From Nitrospirota bacterium (lineage in GTDB: Bacteria; Nitrospirota; Nitrospiria; SBBL01; JAADHI01), in contig JAJDBT010000096.1 in the NCBI GenBank assembly GCA_029261215.1, positions 2,366 to 66,365 on the forward strand: 64,000 nt of DNA, in the 5' to 3' direction. Below the pieces are notes generated by a model that saw only the letters and a list, made by a program, of their open reading frames with translations, was not told the DNA's origin and searched no databases. A program made the position numbers and the translations under genes. Shown here one piece after another: positions 47,980 through 58,610 of the stretch. Positions within the stretch are counted from its first letter, which is position 1, and every line of letters starts with the position of its first letter.

Positions 47980-48819
47980 TTATTTTGAAAAAACAGGGAC
48001 CAGACCCGCTTTGGCTTGAAAATCAGGTACCGTAGGTTCTATAGGAGATTCTGAGGACGCGAGTACCGCGGTGATTGAACCGATTTTAATCTTTGTTTTG
48101 ATTAAAACGGGAATATGCCGAACATCATCCGTCAGCCAAAGTGTGACATCTCCTTTGTCCATGAAAAGACCTTCATAATGAACCAGGGCTTTGACTTTAA
48201 GGGTGTTAAAAGTCCCCAGGGAAGTCGTTATTTTTTCTTTTTCAAGAACCTGTATTTCAAGCTCCCAGTTTTTATTACTTTCATGTACATCGATAAAAGT
48301 AGACTGACCCACCTCCAGTGAAGCCTGATTTCTAAAGTGGTACAGTGCACTCAGAGAATCCTGTACCATGGGCGGCACTAGAAAAGTTTCAACTTTATTA
48401 TTTTTAAATTGGGTCGCACGATGCCGCCGTTGATCGAAATTGATCACTTTATCTCTTTTCTTCTTGCCTTGCCGTTGTTTTATCTTGATACTATGCGAGT
48501 ACCCTTCCTTGGCATCAATGAAGGTTTCAATCCGGTCTTTCACCGGATAAAAGGCAGAAACAAATTTATTTGACTCAACGGTTGAAAGCACATGCAGGAC
48601 TTCCCTGCCTTTCATTTCGGTTTTTCCCAAAACTTCCATTACGGCATCACCCGCAGGAACCCCCAGATAACTGACTTCATACACAAGGCGTTCACCGGGT
48701 CCATAGGCGATGATTTGAGGAGAGGATGGCGACTGCTCCGAAGAAAGCGCTGTCTTCGCGTGGCTTTGTGTCGCCAAGATCAATACACTTAAGAATAAAA
48801 AGAAATGAGGTATTTTCAC
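47980..48819 (-). CDS. DUF3108-like secreted beta-rich protein
   Basis: Signal peptide (ILATQSHA) and GERLVYEVSYLGVPAGDAVMEV, typical of DUF3108 as I recall it. Confidence 0.55.
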   Translation of the reverse strand: MKIPHFFLFLSVLILATQSHAKTALSSEQSPSSPQIIAYGPGERLVYEVSYLGVPAGDAVMEVLGKTEMKGREVLHVLSTVESNKFVSAFYPVKDRIETFIDAKEGYSHSIKIKQRQGKKKRDKVINFDQRRHRATQFKNNKVETFLVPPMVQDSLSALYHFRNQASLEVGQSTFIDVHESNKNWELEIQVLEKEKITTSLGTFNTLKVKALVHYEGLFMDKGDVTLWLTDDVRHIPVLIKTKIKIGSITAVLASSESPIEPTVPDFQAKAGLVPVFSK

Positions 48820-49119
48820 GATAATGCCAAATAGCAGATTAGAAACAAAAGAACAGCCCTTGTATGATAACTATCAAAGTTTATAAACTGGGTCAAGGAA
48901 TTCGTCGTGTTTTTTTAGATAAAAATGCTTTTCATGATATCACCGTCTTTAGGCGTCATGGGACGAAATCCAGTATTTCTTATTTTACCCCATCACTCAA
49001 GTACCTTTAAGCAGTATAGAATCATCACGGTTTTAATACGTCTAAGGAGAAACCCTGAAACTTGCGGGGCAAATCGAAATCAGTTATCATCAATTCCTAA
49101 ATAGGGGTATCCGGCCTAC

Positions 49120-50538
49120 ATGAAACAGACAACAAACACGCCACTGCAAACCAGCCGGGAAGCGCTCTACGAAGGGCAGGCCTTACTGGCCGATCCGATT
49201 CACAGTTACATCCCCTTTACCGTCCCTTTCGACAATCTCGAAGAAGCCACTGAAAAAACCCTGATCGATTCAAAATGGATGCAGCGGCTTCGATATATTT
49301 TTCAACTCCAGTCCGCACGCTGGGTTTATCCCTCTGCAGAGCACACACGCTTTGTCCATTCTATCGGGGCAATGCATATTGCGGGACGATTTGCAAAACA
49401 CTTGTATCCCTCTCTTAAAGATGTTGTCCCGGACGCCCCTTCTGCGGCCTACATTGAAGCCGTGCTGCGAATTGCTGTTTTATTGCATGACGTTGGCCAC
49501 GGTCCTTTTTGCCATTTTTTTGATCACAACGTCCTTCATTCATTTCATCTCACACACGAAAAACTGGGACAAAGCATTATTCGACAGGAACTGGGTCACA
49601 TCATTCAAAAAATTAAACGTAGCCCAAGCGCCTATTTTGCCCCCGGTGAGACACTGGACCCCGAACACATTGCCTTTCTCATCCACAAAGACAGCAACTT
49701 TCAGACCCCCAGCCATTATCCCCGATGGCTGGTCATGCTGAAACCACTGTTATCCGGCATGTTTACAGCCGACAACCTCGACTATGTTTTAAGGGACTCT
49801 TTTATGTGCGGGGTTTCCATCGGCCCCATTGATTTAGACCGCCTGATTCATTACACTTTTTTTACCAAACAAGGTTTGACGCTGCACAAGGCCGGACTTC
49901 CTGCGCTGACGATGTTTTTAAACGCCCGCTCCTATCTCTATTCCAACGTCTATTACCATCGCACCACCCGGGCACTTGATCTCCACATGAAAGATCTTTT
50001 TGAGCCTACAATTCAAGAAATTTTCCCTAAAAACCCCATCGAACATCTCGATGCCTACGCAGACCTCACAGACTGGTCGCTTTTGCTTAAAGTGAAGTCA
50101 TGGAAAAATACACGATCAAACCATAAAAAAGGGCTCTATCACGAATGGGAGAAGATACTTCACCGCGACATTAAGTGGAAAATGGCTTACGATACAACAT
50201 TGCGTTCTGATGAGGATGTGTCTGTCAGTCCCCAAATACAGCCCGATCAATTGGCAGAGCGTATACGACAATTTCTCCCGAAAAATCTGAAAAATCTGGA
50301 GTTTCGGGTAGACATCGCAAGCCAGGATCCCAGGCCAAGCGATCCGGTCGGCATGGGGGAACGTCAGCTCTATGTCTACAATCCCTCAACGGGTGACATA
50401 TCGAAAGAAGGCCTCACGGAATTTGTAAATCCCTTTCCTGCGAGCCTGTCTCAATGTCGGATTTTTGCACTCAACCATGAGCACGACACTGCACTGTCAC
50501 ATGCCGCAGAAAAGTCATTGGCACACCTGCTTCAATGA
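49120..50538 (+). CDS. HD-domain phosphohydrolase, dNTP triphosphohydrolase (dGTPase/SAMHD1)-like
   Basis: HTRFVHSIGAMHIAG...LLHDVGHGPFCHFFD and DNLDYVLRDSFMCGV motifs. Confidence 0.8.
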   Translation: MKQTTNTPLQTSREALYEGQALLADPIHSYIPFTVPFDNLEEATEKTLIDSKWMQRLRYIFQLQSARWVYPSAEHTRFVHSIGAMHIAGRFAKHLYPSLKDVVPDAPSAAYIEAVLRIAVLLHDVGHGPFCHFFDHNVLHSFHLTHEKLGQSIIRQELGHIIQKIKRSPSAYFAPGETLDPEHIAFLIHKDSNFQTPSHYPRWLVMLKPLLSGMFTADNLDYVLRDSFMCGVSIGPIDLDRLIHYTFFTKQGLTLHKAGLPALTMFLNARSYLYSNVYYHRTTRALDLHMKDLFEPTIQEIFPKNPIEHLDAYADLTDWSLLLKVKSWKNTRSNHKKGLYHEWEKILHRDIKWKMAYDTTLRSDEDVSVSPQIQPDQLAERIRQFLPKNLKNLEFRVDIASQDPRPSDPVGMGERQLYVYNPSTGDISKEGLTEFVNPFPASLSQCRIFALNHEHDTALSHAAEKSLAHLLQ

Positions 50539-50600
50539 CTTTTTCTAAAGAATACGGTATTGATATCATTGACTTTTTTTTTATAAGGAGCAAAATACAT

Positions 50601-51626
50601 ATGGAAAGACCCAGCTTAAAAACAGACCGACGTTTCCTGATGAGATTGCTCTCAGGCATCCTCCTTGGGATCTTTACTCTGGTTCCGGCCTTTGCGGCTG
50701 AATTCGATAACGTTCCCTTTGGAGATCCTAAATATAAGGATCTGATTCAGGAATTGGTAAAAAAACACAAGTTCAAAGAAGAAGACCTAAGCGCTGTTTT
50801 TAAGCAAGTGGTGTTTCAAAAAGATATCATTGATAAATTTGAACGCCCAGCAGAGCATTTGCCTTTTTATAAATACCGTAAAATCTTTATTAAAAATGAC
50901 ATGATCGAGCGCGGCCGCGCCTACCTCGCTGAAAACGATAAACTGCTTTCTGAGGTCGAAGCTGCCTACGGTGTTGAAAAAGAAATTATTGCCAGCATCC
51001 TAGGCGTTGAAACCCGTTTTGGAAAACCAGGAATCGAACGCTACCGGGCCTTCGATGTTTTAAATACGGCCTATTTCCTCTACCCAAGACGTGAAAAATT
51101 TTACAGAGGAGAAATCATTGCCTTCCTCAAACTGTGCAGAAAAGAAGGCATTGATCCTTTTTCCGTAAACAGCTCATACGCCGGGGCATTTGGCGTCCCA
51201 CAATTCATTCCCTCCAGTTTTTTAAATTATGCAGTCGATTTTGATAAAGACGGCAAAACAGACCTTTGGAATTCCAAGGGAGATATCTTTGCCAGTGTGG
51301 CCAACTATCTTAAAAAGTTTGGATGGGAAAAAGGAACCTTGCTCTATTTACCGACACAGATTTATCAGGAATCACCCGACCTTCAAAAAATAATTGAAAG
51401 CGGCTACCGGAAAACAGTCCCTGTTTCAAAAGCCATCAAAATGGGTGCAGAAATCCCCTATCCTGCAAAAGGAGACGAGCTTGTCTCTTTTGCGTACTAT
51501 GAACCGAACCCCGATGAGAAAGAATTGATCGGGCTCTTTGGCAATTTCAGGGCGATTACACGCTACAATACTTCGGTTCACTACGCGCTCGTCATTGTCC
51601 ACCTTTCAAGGCGGCTCACCATGTAA
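50601..51626 (+). CDS. mltB: Lytic murein transglycosylase B family
   Basis: The catalytic region ILGVETRFG, plus SYAGAFGVPQFIPSSF and TRYNTSVHYA. I start at ATG 50601 after AAGGAG (50585-50590), which gives a signal peptide ...LVPAFA. The track start is 50535. Confidence 0.8.
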   Translation: MERPSLKTDRRFLMRLLSGILLGIFTLVPAFAAEFDNVPFGDPKYKDLIQELVKKHKFKEEDLSAVFKQVVFQKDIIDKFERPAEHLPFYKYRKIFIKNDMIERGRAYLAENDKLLSEVEAAYGVEKEIIASILGVETRFGKPGIERYRAFDVLNTAYFLYPRREKFYRGEIIAFLKLCRKEGIDPFSVNSSYAGAFGVPQFIPSSFLNYAVDFDKDGKTDLWNSKGDIFASVANYLKKFGWEKGTLLYLPTQIYQESPDLQKIIESGYRKTVPVSKAIKMGAEIPYPAKGDELVSFAYYEPNPDEKELIGLFGNFRAITRYNTSVHYALVIVHLSRRLTM

Positions 51627-51706
51627 TGACCCCTTAATTTCTGTCTTGTTTAATACCGTCTTTTTACAGGGTTATTATTTAGGGAATTTAAATACTATGG
51701 CGTGTG

Positions 51707-52174
51707 TTAAATCAGTGAGGCGGAGATGGACACAGGCCAGGCATAGGTGCCTGGGGTCGTGCCTTCGGTGATAAAAATCCGGTAGCCAATTTGAAGGGTT
51801 TCGTGCATGGCTTCCGGTGAAAGTTGATGAACCAGGCCTCCGCCCATCGGGACTCGCACTTCGCGGCCATTCACCGTCACCTGAACTTCACTCACCATTT
51901 GATCTCGCATGCCGACATGCAGAAAATAACCATTCAGGGTGTTGGTTTTAACCTGAAGCACGGTACCGCCCTGAATATCGATGTAGCCTTTCGCAATATC
52001 TTCCTTGGTGACTTTTAAAACAGATTGATGTTGAACGACGGTTTGGGAGAGTCGGCCTAGGATTTCTGCCCGAACTGTAATTTTGCCCTGATCGGCTGCA
52101 AACGCGGGCATTGCTAAAATCAACACGCTCAGGACAAATCCGATGATGCTTATTTTTTGTGTCGTTTTATTCAT
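51707..52174 (-). CDS. Secreted hypothetical protein with a pilin-like C-terminal strand motif
   Basis: Starting at ATG 52174 gives the signal peptide MNKTTQKISIIGFVLSVLILAMPAFA. The C-terminus PGTYAWPVSISASLI resembles the G-x-Y-x-D/x-x-V-x-I-x motif that ends the SCPU pilins in this window. Confidence 0.5.
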   Translation of the reverse strand: MNKTTQKISIIGFVLSVLILAMPAFAADQGKITVRAEILGRLSQTVVQHQSVLKVTKEDIAKGYIDIQGGTVLQVKTNTLNGYFLHVGMRDQMVSEVQVTVNGREVRVPMGGGLVHQLSPEAMHETLQIGYRIFITEGTTPGTYAWPVSISASLI

Positions 52175-52436
52175 GCCATTCTCATAAAGCAATGTGTGTG
52201 CCATGAATTCTTCTACCATAAACCATTGAAACTAAACAGTATTTTTTAAATTATTCATTCTACCTCAATGAAGGTGTGCGGTTTTAGCTGTTTTCTCTCG
52301 AAAAAGAGCTGTGCGATTTTAGCCAGATGTGCGGGTATGACACAGTACGAAAGGCAGGAAAAAGAAAGCAGAAATTATTTGAAGGTTTTTTTCTTTAAAA
52401 GAACGATAAATTGCACGGTATTCTGCATGTTCTGGA

Positions 52437-53741
52437 TTATAAGTTGTATTTTTCAATTTTTCGGATCAGCGCCCGGCGGCTGATTTTGAGAATAAGGGCA
52501 GACTTTGTGCGGTTTCCAGCCTGTAGAGCCAGCACATTTTGAATATGCTGTTTCTCCGCATCCGCAAGGGAGATGAGCGCTCCGACACCACCGACACCCA
52601 GACTGACATTCTCCTCATTTAAGTGAGTTGGAATATCCTCACGTCTTATAAAAGATTCTGTCGTTAATAAGGCTGCGCGTTCTATCGTGTGTTCCAATTC
52701 CCGAATATTTCCAGGCCAGTCGTAGGCCAATAGAGCCGTTTGGGCAGGCCTTGAGATGCCATTGACCCTTTTACCTGTACGTTGATTAAAGCGGTTTAAG
52801 ATGACCCGGCTCAAAAGTAACAAGTCATCTTTGCGTTCTCTAAGCGGTGGAATTTTAATAATCAAAGGCGTGATTCTAAAAAAAAGATCCTCTCGAAAAC
52901 GGCCTTCCTTCACATCCAGATCAAGAGGACGATGGGTTGCGGCAATAATGCGGCAGAGGGCCGTATCCGTCTTCTGGCTTCCAATACGACGATATTCTCC
53001 GTTTTGAAGCACCCTTAAAAGGTGAGGCTGGAAAGAAAGTGGGAGTTCTCCAATTTCATCCAGAAACAGCGTTCCTTTTCCCGCAGCTTCAAAGAGTCCC
53101 ATTTTATCTCGATCAGCCCCGGTAAATGCGCCTTTCTGATGCCCAAAAAGCTCTGATGCAATCAGGTTTTCAAGCAAGCCCCCACAGTTACAGGTTAAAA
53201 ACGGATGCGCGGAAACAGGACTTAAATCGTGCAAGGCTCTTGCGACCACTTCCTTTCCGGTCCCTGTTTCGCCCGTAACGAGTACGATTTGGTAATGGGT
53301 GGAGATATTCCTCAAAAAAGAAATCATATCGAGCATCTGGGGGTTTTTAGCCGTAATCCCATGATGGGTATAGCTGTCAACCAATTGCTGTTCAAGCTCA
53401 CCCGTCTTTCTTCGAACAGTGACACTCTCCTCTATTTTTCTGACGGCCTCCTGAATCTTCTCTTTGGAAAGTGGATGCGCAAAAAAAGTCCCCGCCCCCT
53501 CCTTAATCGCAGTAATGGCCTCATCATCCTTTTTTCCAAAATAGATGACCTCAACCCTTGGGTCGAGTTTTTTTACGGTTGAAATTAAATCAAAGGTCCC
53601 TTCGAGCATGATGATGTGGTAGTTATTTTTGGAGGCGAGCACTCTAAGCGATTCAAGATCATCAGAAAAATCAACATGATGGTCCTTCAAAAAAGGCAGG
53701 ACAGTATTAGCATCTTGAAGCGACAGGAGAATATTCAGCAT
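52437..53741 (-). CDS. Sigma-54-dependent transcriptional activator (bEBP) with degenerate N-terminal receiver
   Basis: Walker [15 protein letters not shown] loop, Walker B LFLDEIGE and a C-terminal Fis-type HTH. The receiver-like N-terminus has Glu at the acceptor position (HIIMLEG) and lacks the conserved Thr and Lys. Confidence 0.9.
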   Translation of the reverse strand: MLNILLSLQDANTVLPFLKDHHVDFSDDLESLRVLASKNNYHIIMLEGTFDLISTVKKLDPRVEVIYFGKKDDEAITAIKEGAGTFFAHPLSKEKIQEAVRKIEESVTVRRKTGELEQQLVDSYTHHGITAKNPQMLDMISFLRNISTHYQIVLVTGETGTGKEVVARALHDLSPVSAHPFLTCNCGGLLENLIASELFGHQKGAFTGADRDKMGLFEAAGKGTLFLDEIGELPLSFQPHLLRVLQNGEYRRIGSQKTDTALCRIIAATHRPLDLDVKEGRFREDLFFRITPLIIKIPPLRERKDDLLLLSRVILNRFNQRTGKRVNGISRPAQTALLAYDWPGNIRELEHTIERAALLTTESFIRREDIPTHLNEENVSLGVGGVGALISLADAEKQHIQNVLALQAGNRTKSALILKISRRALIRKIEKYNL

Positions 53742-53786
53742 ATTTTGGATGTATCTATCAGGAAATCAGACTACATGAATGTTGGA

Positions 53787-54260
53787 TTACCAAACAATGG
53801 TCACCGTCAACACATCACGATAGGCCCCGATCGAAACATTTTGAAGGGGAGGCACAATACCATAAATGGTCGTGACGATGGGTTTTTCTTTCTTTTTAGA
53901 CTGCTTCACCTTTTTTAGAAACACGGTCTGGGTGCCGCCCGTACCATCTCCCCAAACTATTGTACCCGCGCTGTCAATATAAAGATTGTAGGAAAGCAAA
54001 TCAGGCAGCGATATATGTTTCATTTGTCTCGGAATGAAGCCGCCGGAATTTGAACTCGGACCAATGGAGATAGTCACATCCGGTGGCGGGGTAATCGCAC
54101 ACACGACAGTGACCGTTCCAGTCGTATTAAAGGGCAGAGGAGAAAAGGCATCATAGTTCGCAAAATTGAGACCAGTCGTTGACACATTACACGCATCCAC
54201 AGGAAGTGCGTATAAAAACAAGAATAAAAATGGCACCACATATTTATTGAGGCGTTTCAC
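53787..54260 (-). CDS. SCPU (spore coat protein U / Csu-type) pilus subunit, distal gene
   Basis: Signal peptide. The motifs C...GTVTVVC (disulfide pair), YNLY...WG and GAYRDVLTVTIVW fit the SCPU domain pattern. Confidence 0.8.
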   Translation of the reverse strand: MKRLNKYVVPFLFLFLYALPVDACNVSTTGLNFANYDAFSPLPFNTTGTVTVVCAITPPPDVTISIGPSSNSGGFIPRQMKHISLPDLLSYNLYIDSAGTIVWGDGTGGTQTVFLKKVKQSKKKEKPIVTTIYGIVPPLQNVSIGAYRDVLTVTIVW

Positions 54261-56586
54261 AAAAAACCTCTCCTAAATCCGTAAAAGTTTCCTGAGTCAG
54301 CGGAATGCGCAACGAAAAATCGCATCGAAGCTCCCCAAACTGAATGCCACCGAGATATTCGCCCGGCGGAATATTTTCGACATAAAACTCCCCACCGTAC
54401 CCTGTTTGAAACTCAAATCGATTGCTTTCATCATGAATGTGCGCCAAAACAAGTTCCGCTGCTTTCTTTTTTTCCTCAGATTCCGGGGAATCATAGAAAA
54501 TACGGCCGCTAAACGCCCTGAATTGACTGACGTCAAACGGAATCACCAGACCACTTAAAAAATAAGGCGATATGGTTTCGCTTAATCGCGTGATGGCAAA
54601 ATTAAGCGGGATGTCCCGATCGTCTATTACGATTTTATTTTCGTAATATGAAGAAAGGTTTGGGATCAGGAGTTTCCCTTCGTCATTTGTTTTTCCGACC
54701 TCATGCCCATTATGATACACACGTACACCTTCCAAGCCATCCGCTTGAATCAAGGCAAAACCTTCCGTAATGGGACGACTCAGCGACAGGGTCTTTCCCA
54801 CATAACTCAAGCCGCCAGCTGCTGAAATTCCCCCGATATCCACGCCATCCGAATGCCTGTAAGCCCCTTCCAGAATGACCTGTTCCGTATTCAACTGCAT
54901 ATTGGAATCGAATGTCTGAATCGTCGTCCCTTCAAAAGTCGATCGATCATAAATCGCCCGGCCACCAAACCCTTCTCCGACCGGTGGGTTTTTCTGGACT
55001 TGCAGGGTCTCCATATGGACATTTTTACTCTTTTGGGTCTGCGCGGATAAAGTGGTTCGGTTCCCCGGATAGAATTGGAACCCCATAAAAAAGGTCGTGT
55101 CTTTTTGCTCATCCTTGCTTCGCCGGATCGTCGCAAAGAAACTCGTTTGGGAAGTAAGCGACCTTGTGTAGGAACCGGAGACACTCCAGGCATCTGTCCC
55201 GACATATTTTTTTATCGTTCTGTAATCAATATTAAAATACCCAAGTAATCTTGACCCTGAACCTAGACCCGCACCACTTTCATATTTTATTTTCTCGATC
55301 TCGGCAAAGTCCTGGAGGATCGTAAAATCACGATGCCGCCAGGTAAAGTCAAGGCGGCCGCTCACGGATTTCCCTTGATAACCATAACGAAGTCGTTTTG
55401 CACTCCCTATTTTTCCAGAATGATCCCTGCTGACTGCAAGCAAGAGTGTGATGCTGCCTTTGTTTTGTACCAGTCCTGAAATAGAGGAAGTCAGGAGTCC
55501 GCGATGCCTGGTGAATTCGAGTGAACCTTCTGCATTAAATGAATCGGTGAAGCCATATTTATGAAATCCAGAAAAAGCGAGCGTTCCGTAGTCATTATTT
55601 TTTTCCCCAAAGCGCTCTCTTAAAAACCCAAGGTTGTAGCTATAATCGTGCAGACCTTCTTTTAAGAGGTTCGCCGAGAGATAAAACGGATAAAAAAGAT
55701 GCTCTTCTTTTCCAAATGGATCTCTTAAAACCACTTCAAGGATGCCCGCCCCCGATCGCGTTGAAATATTTTCAAGCCGAAATTCTCCGGGCGAAAGAGA
55801 GGTCTGGCGGATCGGAACCCCGTCCAGTCGGACTTCCAATTCGGTCGGCAGCGCAGTGGCCCCGGTGAAAGAAATCAGTGGATTTCGAATAAAATACGGA
55901 TCAAGCGCATAATATTTCGAGTAGCTGATCCCTGCCATATTTAAACTGGAGCCTATTTCACCGGATCGGGAAAAAAAATCACCCGCAATGAGGCGCGTGT
56001 AGTCCAAAGGCCGATCCCGTGTTACACTGCTCATGAGGCGCGTCCATCGTCTTCTTTGGTCCGTTTGACTATATATTCCATCATTTAAAAAAGACCAGCC
56101 ATGCACATGAGCGCCCAAACGCTGCGTCAAATCGATCTCACCCGAACCAGGAAGGTTTGAAACGGTATAATCCAGTTTATAGTTTAGAAATGCACTTGTT
56201 TCACTTGTAAAAAAAGGAATTTGTGACGGATTCTGCTCGAAGTCGATCACCTGCATACCGAGAAGACTTGGATCTGCTGTAATATCCAAAACCAGCAAAG
56301 TATCTTTAAATTCAAAGGTGACATCCCTCATTCCCTGAAGCGAATAGAATGTTTCCCCATTCACCTGGATTTTATCGCCCAAGGAACCATGAATACCCAT
56401 CTGATCAAAATCGTCCTTTCTAAGCAATACATCCTGCGTATCAGTGAGATACAAAAAAAAATCACCCTTGGATTCAGTATTTACAGTCACATTGAGGATA
56501 ACCATCTGTGGATTCCCCGCATATAAATTTGTCACTGACACCATCACACATAAAATGCTATTGAGAACATGAAGTTTTATCCACAT
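54244..56586 (-). CDS. Fimbrial outer-membrane usher
   Basis: A 780-aa beta-rich protein lying between the chaperone and pilin genes. Its length and the Gly/Tyr/Ser-rich barrel pattern are typical of ushers. It overlaps both neighbours (29 nt and 17 nt). Confidence 0.85.
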   Translation of the reverse strand: MWIKLHVLNSILCVMVSVTNLYAGNPQMVILNVTVNTESKGDFFLYLTDTQDVLLRKDDFDQMGIHGSLGDKIQVNGETFYSLQGMRDVTFEFKDTLLVLDITADPSLLGMQVIDFEQNPSQIPFFTSETSAFLNYKLDYTVSNLPGSGEIDLTQRLGAHVHGWSFLNDGIYSQTDQRRRWTRLMSSVTRDRPLDYTRLIAGDFFSRSGEIGSSLNMAGISYSKYYALDPYFIRNPLISFTGATALPTELEVRLDGVPIRQTSLSPGEFRLENISTRSGAGILEVVLRDPFGKEEHLFYPFYLSANLLKEGLHDYSYNLGFLRERFGEKNNDYGTLAFSGFHKYGFTDSFNAEGSLEFTRHRGLLTSSISGLVQNKGSITLLLAVSRDHSGKIGSAKRLRYGYQGKSVSGRLDFTWRHRDFTILQDFAEIEKIKYESGAGLGSGSRLLGYFNIDYRTIKKYVGTDAWSVSGSYTRSLTSQTSFFATIRRSKDEQKDTTFFMGFQFYPGNRTTLSAQTQKSKNVHMETLQVQKNPPVGEGFGGRAIYDRSTFEGTTIQTFDSNMQLNTEQVILEGAYRHSDGVDIGGISAAGGLSYVGKTLSLSRPITEGFALIQADGLEGVRVYHNGHEVGKTNDEGKLLIPNLSSYYENKIVIDDRDIPLNFAITRLSETISPYFLSGLVIPFDVSQFRAFSGRIFYDSPESEEKKKAAELVLAHIHDESNRFEFQTGYGGEFYVENIPPGEYLGGIQFGELRCDFSLRIPLTQETFTDLGEVFCETPQ

Positions 56587-57355
56587 TGAAATTCTCTTGC
56601 CGGGTAAATTCTATTGTTTTTACTTCAACATTAAAGATCGCCGCCTCCTGGCAAATTGCAATAGGGATATCAGTACTGTAACGACGCGTTGACCCAGATA
56701 AAAGGTACCATCCGCTCAATTCGCGTGAGAAAAGTTCCTGACCCGACTGATCAGCGCCTCGAATCATGAGAGACTGAATCACAAAGTGCGCGTTTCCGGT
56801 ATTTCGAACCAACACGCTGAGTTTTCCTTGACCAAGAGCCATTTCCTCAATGGCACCTTCTTTCGTATTTTTGGGAGGATGAACAAATATCGGGACGCCA
56901 AAGCGGACAGCCACCTGTACCTGGGAATCCGTCACATCTCTAATCCGTAAGGGAATTTCCTCAACAAAAAGCCGATACGTTTTTTCTCTGTCCTTTGGGA
57001 AGTTTTGCATTCCTAGTCGAATAATGCGTTCCGTATTGGGCATCACAGTGATCATTTTTGGAAAAAACAGGATATCGCTTGTTTCAGTATATTGATCTTT
57101 TCCCTCTTTATCCTGTGTCCATAAAAATGCCTTCATCTGAACCTGTAAAGGGGATTGCTCCTCATTAAAGACATGAATCACACCACTGCGGTTCCCTTGA
57201 TCCAGGGTAACCTTGATCGGACTCACTGAAAATTGTCCCGCAAGCGAAATTTGAGGAAAAATCAAGATAAGCGCAAAAAAGACAAACATGACTTTTAATA
57301 GTAAACATGAGCTTTTCTGAAATAGACTCACTTCATTTAAAACATGGGACCTCAA
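56558..57355 (-). CDS. Periplasmic pilus chaperone (PapD-like fold)
   Basis: FSVSPIKVTL...GVIHVFN...PLQVQM and FFPKMITVMPNTERIIRL match the chaperone N-domain pattern. The start codon is uncertain (TTG 57355 or ATG 57289). Confidence 0.8.
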   Translation of the reverse strand: MRSHVLNEVSLFQKSSCLLLKVMFVFFALILIFPQISLAGQFSVSPIKVTLDQGNRSGVIHVFNEEQSPLQVQMKAFLWTQDKEGKDQYTETSDILFFPKMITVMPNTERIIRLGMQNFPKDREKTYRLFVEEIPLRIRDVTDSQVQVAVRFGVPIFVHPPKNTKEGAIEEMALGQGKLSVLVRNTGNAHFVIQSLMIRGADQSGQELFSRELSGWYLLSGSTRRYSTDIPIAICQEAAIFNVEVKTIEFTRQENFNVDKTSCSQ

Positions 57356-57462
57356 GGTGGTTTCCTCCGTATTGATTATTTACAACAGCAGAGTCTGAGA
57401 AAAAGACTCTCATAGTAAATATAGATCAAAATTCATTGGTGTCCAGTTGAAGCGCGTCTGAG

Positions 57463-57957
57463 CTAGGGAGTGATGGTGATGACCACGGTGTCGGAATAAC
57501 TCCCAAACGTGGCACTTTGATAATCGACAAAATTCACTGTGCCCGTCACCGTTAAGGTTTGGGTCAGACCTTTTGGGACCGTTGCGGAAGAAGGTGACAA
57601 AGCCAAAGAATAAGGCAAAAACTCTGTCAGGATGCTGGTATGCTGCATTCGGTTATTGCCTGGTCCTGTAGCGTTTAATCCATTGTCTTGTGTCATCAGA
57701 AAAGTTGCACTGGGTGTACTGCCGTTACATACAAAACCGAGAGTCGTGACCGCAGTCACATCTACACTGCTAGCTGGATCCAAATTGCCATAGTCCAAAG
57801 CAGAAGCTTTGGTTTGAAATTTACATTTATTTTTGGATAAAACACTTCCACTGACAGAAAGCGCTGATGGATCAGCGCTTATTCCCTCTTTTGCAGTTAT
57901 GAATAAAGTTGCGATGGAGAAACAAAGAATAAGTCCCTTTATTTGAGTTTTCATCAT
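57463..57957 (-). CDS. SCPU-domain pilin
   Basis: Signal peptide, Cys pair (NKCKF...GFVCNG), MQH and YSL motifs, and C-terminal GSYSDTVVITITP. Start taken at ATG 57957. Confidence 0.8.
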   Translation of the reverse strand: MMKTQIKGLILCFSIATLFITAKEGISADPSALSVSGSVLSKNKCKFQTKASALDYGNLDPASSVDVTAVTTLGFVCNGSTPSATFLMTQDNGLNATGPGNNRMQHTSILTEFLPYSLALSPSSATVPKGLTQTLTVTGTVNFVDYQSATFGSYSDTVVITITP

Positions 57958-58021
57958 CAAACCTTCAGCGCAAAGCGGGACGGAATCCACCGCCCCGCCT
58001 TGTACCGCTTCATCATGGTCT

Positions 58022-58498
58022 TTATGGGTTTACCGTTATTACGACGGTATCGGAATAGGCACCCGCAAGTGCATTGGAATAGTCTGCAAATGCGATATTT
58101 CCGGTAATATTAAGCGTAACCGGAGTTGCTGGACCTGACCCGGTTCCAGAAAGTGGCGCAAGCGTAAGACCATAAGGAATAAATTCTGTGACATCAGTCC
58201 CATGCTGCATCCTGGGGCCGCCTGAATTAAATAAACCACCATCATCAGAGATGGTATAAGCGACTCCTTTTGTGCACCAAAATGTTGAGCTTCCTGCTCC
58301 GGCAACCGCTGCTCCACTAGATGGATCAAGCGCACCAAAGGCTAAACTTGAGGTAGCGGAGGAAAATTTACACGTTCCAACGACATTACCACTCACTGTG
58401 AGCGTGTTTGTATCCGCCGCCATGACTACTCCAGACACCATAGAAACCATTGAGAGAATCGCAATAATAACGCCGCCTTTACGAAATAATTGATTCAT
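58022..58498 (-). CDS. SCPU-domain pilin (probable major subunit)
   Basis: I start at ATG 58498 (MNQLFRKGGVIIAILSMVSMVSGVVMA). Cys pair (GTCKF...FWCTKG) and C-terminal GAYSDTVVITVNP. It is a paralogue of the adjacent pilin. Confidence 0.8.
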   Translation of the reverse strand: MNQLFRKGGVIIAILSMVSMVSGVVMAADTNTLTVSGNVVGTCKFSSATSSLAFGALDPSSGAAVAGAGSSTFWCTKGVAYTISDDGGLFNSGGPRMQHGTDVTEFIPYGLTLAPLSGTGSGPATPVTLNITGNIAFADYSNALAGAYSDTVVITVNP

Positions 58499-58595
58499 TT
58501 CTTCCTCCTCCTCAGATAATATGTTTAGTGCCGCACAAAAAAAATACCCATGCCGACTTAGCATAGGTAGGTATGTATGTGCGTAAGCCGATTCG

Positions 58596-58610
58596 GCAAT
58601 TCTCCAACCA
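58596..58610 (-). promoter_or_regulatory. Candidate sigma-54 (-24/-12) promoter upstream of the pilin operon
   Basis: The minus strand reads TGGTTGGAGAATTGC(C). TGG and TTGC are at the canonical spacing, ~98-112 nt upstream of ATG 58498. The match to TGGCAC in the -24 box is weaker. Confidence 0.4.
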
